From Clostridia bacterium (GTDB lineage: Bacteria > Bacillota > Clostridia > Oscillospirales > CAG-272), in assembly GCA_017646745.1 (NCBI GenBank), contig JAGCLY010000033.1, positions 274-64,273 on the forward strand: a DNA stretch of 64,000 bases, written 5' to 3'. Positions 59,867 to 64,000 of this stretch are shown piece by piece. Both the position numbers and the translations under genes were made by a program. The notes beneath the pieces were generated by a model, which saw only the letters and a list, made by a program, of their open reading frames with translations, ran no database searches and was not told the DNA's origin. Numbering within the stretch: the stretch's first letter is position 1; every line of letters begins with the position of its first letter.

Positions 59867-62551
59867 ATGCTTGAATTACGTGGTATAAAAAAGGATTACA
59901 TAACATCCTCCGAAACGGTAAATGCCCTTCGTGGCGTGGATATTACCTTCCGTGATAAGGAGTTTGTTTCTATACTCGGCCCCTCCGGCTGCGGAAAGAC
60001 CACCATGCTTAATATCGTGGGCGGTCTTGACAGATACACCGACGGCGATCTTGTGATCAACGGTGTCAGCACCAAGCTGTACCGTGACCGTGACTGGGAT
60101 GTGTACAGAAATCACCGCATCGGCTTTATCTTCCAAAGCTATAATCTTATCCCCCACCAGACGGTGCTTGGCAACGTAGAGCTTGCTCTTACTATTGCGG
60201 GTATTGATAAGGAGGAGAGAGTCAGACGTGCAAAGGCTGCTCTCGATAAGGTTGGTCTGTCCGATCAGTATTATAAGCGCCCCAATCAGCTTTCCGGCAG
60301 TCAGTGCCAGCGTGTTGCTATTGCGAGAGCGCTTGTAAACGAGCCCGAGATTCTTCTTGCTGACGAGCCCACCGGTGCGCTGGATACCGTAACCAGCGTA
60401 CAGATCATGGAGCTTATCCGTGAGATTGCAGGCGAGCGCCTTGTTATCATGGTTACCCATAACCCTGAGCTGGCAGAGCAGTATTCCACCAGAATCATCC
60501 GCCTGCTTGACGGTGAGATAATTGAGGATACCAACCCTGTTAGCGAGGAGGAGTATAACACCCTCTCTGCTATTGAGGAGAATGCTGAGGCTCCCGTTAC
60601 CAAAGAGAAGAAGAAGGCAGATAAAAAATCCAAGGAAAAGGCAAAGATGTCGGTATTCACCGCCTTCCGTCTCTCCGCAAGGAATCTTATTTCCAAGAAG
60701 GGTAGAACAGCTGTCGTTGGCTTCGCCGGTTCAATCGGTATAATAGGCATTGCCATGGTTCTTGCGTTTTCCGCCGGAATCAAGGGATATATTGCGTCAA
60801 TGCAGGACGATATGCTCTCCGGAAACCCTATCAAGATCGAGGAAACCGCCATTGATATTAATTCGGTGATGAATATGGTGGATACCGATGAAAAGATTGA
60901 AATAATCAAAAATCCCAACAGCGTATATATATCCTCTGTGATTGAGCGACTTATAGAGACTAAGGATGCTCTCGGTAAGGTATTCTCCAAAAACGAAATA
61001 ACCAGGGAATATATAGAGTATGTGAATAATATGCCAAGCGAGTATTATAACGAAATTATGTTTGGCTACGGTATAGATTTCAACAAGACAATATTTACCG
61101 ATTTTAAAGAGCTTCCAACCAGTAGTGAAAGACATATGTCGGTCAAGCAGCTCAATGATATGCTGAAGGCTATTATTTCCGAAACCGAATACGGTGATAT
61201 TACTCAGCTAATGGGTGACTCCACCTTTAGCCAGATGCCCGAAAACGGTGATTATATTCTGACCCAGTATGATATTGCAGCCGGAAAGATTGCTACGGAG
61301 AAGAATGAGATCATGCTTGTTCTTGATGCTAACGACGAGCTTTCCGATATGCTTCTTGCCAAGCTTGGATACTATAACCAGGCTGAATTCCAGCAGATTA
61401 TTCACAAGGCGGCTGACAAGGACGGAGAGGGAAATCCGATTTATGACAAGGCCCTCTACCGTGAGTATTTTACCTATGATGAGTTGCTTAATAAGAGCTT
61501 TACCTGGTATCCTACCGACAGTGTTTTCGGTACTACCGAGGTCATTATTATAGACAAGGAAACCCAGCAGGAAACCGTTACAACCACTCCTGCTTATACC
61601 GGTGAGATGGAATCTCCGGACGGCACTGGAATGACGCTTAAGGTGGTTGGAATTCTTACACGTAAGGACGGGCTTAACAATGGTGTAATGAGCTCCGGCG
61701 TTTATTATACAAAGGCGCTTACCGACCATTGTCTTGAGACAAACGCTTCCTCTGATTTCATAGATTATCTTATCGGTGATGAGACAAAGCTGAATCTGCC
61801 CATCTCTAAGGTAATGTATAAATATGATTATCTGCCTTACGAGGCAGTAAAGGGAGCCGAGATCGTTGGTGAGCGTAAAACTCTGACCACGGCTACCGCT
61901 ATAAGCGGCGGTACCAGAACATCTGTTGCCAGAAGCCTTGGTGGTATAGATATTGCATCCAGCATCAAGATATATCCTGCTTCCTTTGAGGAGAAGGATC
62001 TTGTTACCGCATATCTTAATCAGTGGAATAATCACAAGCTTGATATTACTGTCGGCGATGCGGTGCTAAAAGGAACGGAGAGATCGGATATTAAGTTTAC
62101 CGATACTCTTGAGATCATCGTTAATATGCTTAATACCATGATTGATATTATTTCTTACGCTCTCATAGCCTTTACATCAATTTCTCTTGTGGTTTCTACC
62201 GTAATGATAGGTATTATAACCTACGTATCTGTTGTAGAGCGTATTAAGGAAATCGGCGTTATCCGTTCTCTCGGCGGCCGTAAGCGTGACGTTTCGAATC
62301 TCTTTATTGCCGAAACTGCGATTATCGGTGTTCTATCCGGACTTATCGGTATCGGCTCCACATATCTGATATCCACCCTGGCAAATCTTATTCTTAAGCC
62401 GCTTATCAATTACTCTAATATTGCAGCTTTGCCTATCGGTAATGCAGTATTCCTTGTGTTACTCAGTGTGGGCCTGACCCTTATCTCCGGTCTTGCACCT
62501 GCAAAGAGCGCGGCAAAGAAGGATCCCGTTGTTGCTTTGCGTACAGAATAA
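59867..62551 (+). CDS. Fused ABC transporter ATP-binding/permease protein (MacB/FtsX type)
   Basis: 894 aa with Walker A GPSGCGKTT, signature LSGSQCQRVAIARAL and Walker B LLADEPTGALD. These are followed by a TM, a large extracytoplasmic domain and a C-terminal FtsX-like 3-TM bundle. Confidence 0.9.
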   Translation: MLELRGIKKDYITSSETVNALRGVDITFRDKEFVSILGPSGCGKTTMLNIVGGLDRYTDGDLVINGVSTKLYRDRDWDVYRNHRIGFIFQSYNLIPHQTVLGNVELALTIAGIDKEERVRRAKAALDKVGLSDQYYKRPNQLSGSQCQRVAIARALVNEPEILLADEPTGALDTVTSVQIMELIREIAGERLVIMVTHNPELAEQYSTRIIRLLDGEIIEDTNPVSEEEYNTLSAIEENAEAPVTKEKKKADKKSKEKAKMSVFTAFRLSARNLISKKGRTAVVGFAGSIGIIGIAMVLAFSAGIKGYIASMQDDMLSGNPIKIEETAIDINSVMNMVDTDEKIEIIKNPNSVYISSVIERLIETKDALGKVFSKNEITREYIEYVNNMPSEYYNEIMFGYGIDFNKTIFTDFKELPTSSERHMSVKQLNDMLKAIISETEYGDITQLMGDSTFSQMPENGDYILTQYDIAAGKIATEKNEIMLVLDANDELSDMLLAKLGYYNQAEFQQIIHKAADKDGEGNPIYDKALYREYFTYDELLNKSFTWYPTDSVFGTTEVIIIDKETQQETVTTTPAYTGEMESPDGTGMTLKVVGILTRKDGLNNGVMSSGVYYTKALTDHCLETNASSDFIDYLIGDETKLNLPISKVMYKYDYLPYEAVKGAEIVGERKTLTTATAISGGTRTSVARSLGGIDIASSIKIYPASFEEKDLVTAYLNQWNNHKLDITVGDAVLKGTERSDIKFTDTLEIIVNMLNTMIDIISYALIAFTSISLVVSTVMIGIITYVSVVERIKEIGVIRSLGGRKRDVSNLFIAETAIIGVLSGLIGIGSTYLISTLANLILKPLINYSNIAALPIGNAVFLVLLSVGLTLISGLAPAKSAAKKDPVVALRTE

Positions 62552-62564
62552 TAAAAGCATTTTT

Positions 62565-62596
62565 GAGGCACACCCGGCGGTGTGCCTCTCTTTTTT
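62565..62596 (+). terminator. Rho-independent terminator
   Basis: gaggcacac-ccggcg-gtgtgcctc is followed by tctttttt. Confidence 0.8.
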
Positions 62597-62625
62597 GAAT
62601 AAAAAGAGTCATTCTGGCTACAATA

Positions 62626-64000
62626 ATGAAAAAACAGAAGAGGAAAAGTGTGGAAGTACAAGGACTTTTTGTAGATTACGGGCGAAATATTGCTATGATG
62701 AGAGATGCGCTTCGGGTTAACGAGAGCTTTGATATGATAGAACGGCATCTTACGGTGGCCGAGAGGGATATGTGCTTCTTTTATATTGACGGATTTGTAA
62801 AGGACGGCGAGATGCTTCGAATTATGCAATATCTCCTGTCGCAGAAGCAGCTTGGATCGGCAAGGGAGCTTGAGAAGAAAATGCCATACGTTGAGGTTGA
62901 GGTTACAGGCGATCCTCAAAAAATAATACATGCGGTTCTGTCGGGACAGACTGCTGTATTTGCCGAGAGCTTTTGTGACTTTGCTATGCTTTTAGACCTT
63001 CGTACCTATCCCTCAAGATCAACGCAAGAGCCTGAGAGCGACAGAGTTATGCAGGGCGCACGTGACGGATTTATTGAAACGCTGGTTGTAAATACTGCGC
63101 TTATACGCAGGCGCATCCGTGATCCAAGGCTTACTATGGAGCATTTTTCGCTTAGCGGATCATCGGGGACCGACGTGGTGATGTGCTATGTAGAGGGGAT
63201 TGCAAAGCAGGAAACGGTCAGCGAGGTGAGGAAAAAAATATCCTCTGCAAAACCGAAATCTCTTACTCTTGGATACCAGAGCCTTGCCGAAACGCTTATA
63301 AGGTCGGGGTGGTTTAATCCCTTTCCCAAGATACGCACAACCGAGCGACCTGATACCGCCTCTGCCCAGCTGCTGGAAGGATCGGTGATCGTTATCTGCG
63401 ACACCTCGCCGCAGGCTATGATCCTGCCCACCTCTATATTCGACTACCTTGAGGAGACCGACGATTTTAATTTTCCCCCTCTTACCGGAAGCTATCTCAG
63501 GCTTGTTCGCACCGCAATATTGCTTTTGTCGGTGGTGATCACTCCGCTTTGGTATCTGTCGCTGGAGTATACTAATATTCTGCCCGAGGCTCTTTCGTTT
63601 TTAGTGCCCGATGATCCGGGAGCCTTGCCCATAATACTACAGCTGTTTTTGGTCGAGCTGGCTATCGACGGATTAAAGATCGCCTCTATGAACACACCGG
63701 ATATACTGTCAAACTCGCTGTCGGTGGTGGGTGCGCTTATTCTCGGTGACTTTGCCGTCGGGGTGGGCTGGCTGTGCGAGGACGTTATACTCTATATGGC
63801 CTTTGTGGCAATAGCAAACTTTGCGCAGCAGAACCACGAGCTCGGATATGCCTTCAAGTTTATGCGTATGATGATACTTGCTCTGGTTTATTTCCTTGGA
63901 ATATGGGGATTTGTGGCAGGAATACTTTTGTTCTTGTTCTTCGTATGTACCAACAGAACTCTGTCGGCAAAGCATCATTATCTCTACCCGCTTATTCCGT
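62626..64000 (+). CDS. spoVAF: Spore germination protein, GerA/SpoVAF family (3' end outside window)
   Basis: This frame is not in the ORF track because it runs off the window. It is open from ATG 62626 to the window end. My translation is MKKQKRKSVEVQGLFVDYGRNIAMMRDALRVNESFDMIERHL...FYIDGFVKDGEM...RTYPSRSTQEPESDRVMQGARDGFIETL...TERPD..., followed by TM segments. This is typical of the GerAA/SpoVAF family. The RBS is weak, so the start is uncertain. Confidence 0.8.
   Translation, partial: MKKQKRKSVEVQGLFVDYGRNIAMMRDALRVNESFDMIERHLTVAERDMCFFYIDGFVKDGEMLRIMQYLLSQKQLGSARELEKKMPYVEVEVTGDPQKIIHAVLSGQTAVFAESFCDFAMLLDLRTYPSRSTQEPESDRVMQGARDGFIETLVVNTALIRRRIRDPRLTMEHFSLSGSSGTDVVMCYVEGIAKQETVSEVRKKISSAKPKSLTLGYQSLAETLIRSGWFNPFPKIRTTERPDTASAQLLEGSVIVICDTSPQAMILPTSIFDYLEETDDFNFPPLTGSYLRLVRTAILLLSVVITPLWYLSLEYTNILPEALSFLVPDDPGALPIILQLFLVELAIDGLKIASMNTPDILSNSLSVVGALILGDFAVGVGWLCEDVILYMAFVAIANFAQQNHELGYAFKFMRMMILALVYFLGIWGFVAGILLFLFFVCTNRTLSAKHHYLYPLIP

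Overview
This window reads as origin-proximal chromosome from a spore-forming Clostridia bacterium. The codon usage looks Ruminococcus/Oscillospiraceae-like (CTT/AAG/GAG-rich), though that is my impression rather than a search result. Almost everything is housekeeping. There is a hexuronate module (GH2 fragment, uxuA, SDR) followed by a complete rnfCDGEAB operon and spoVAC-AD-AE. The replication core is dnaA-dnaN-recF-remB-gyrB-gyrA. Further along come RNase J, parB/parA with three perfect parS sites, and a CIRCE-controlled hrcA-grpE-dnaK-dnaJ operon. The rest includes rny-ymdB, mnmG, tcdA, nth, maf, trpS, rnhA, nrdD, cysK, degV, a MATE pump, a fused MacB-type ABC transporter and a partial spoVAF/GerA-family gene. 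I found no rRNA or tRNA genes, CRISPR arrays, transposases, phage genes or recognisable defence systems. The observations worth a second look are modest. (1) The 9-mers TTATCAACA and TTTTCAACA cluster in the dnaA-dnaN spacer and again in an unusual 318-bp insert that splits parB from parA. (2) Three parS sites lie in tandem. (3) An XRE-HTH protein carries six exact 36-bp coding repeats and a MinD-like C-terminal amphipathic tail. (4) The Rnf subunits are atypical: RnfG has two FMN domains and RnfE has a Cys-rich tail, with a NusG-II/Gx gene pair downstream of rnfB. (5) Two trigger-factor-like lipoproteins flank rnhA, the first behind a long unexplained leader. (6) The nrdD and cysK promoters interdigitate. 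The many very long antisense ORFs are codon-bias artefacts.
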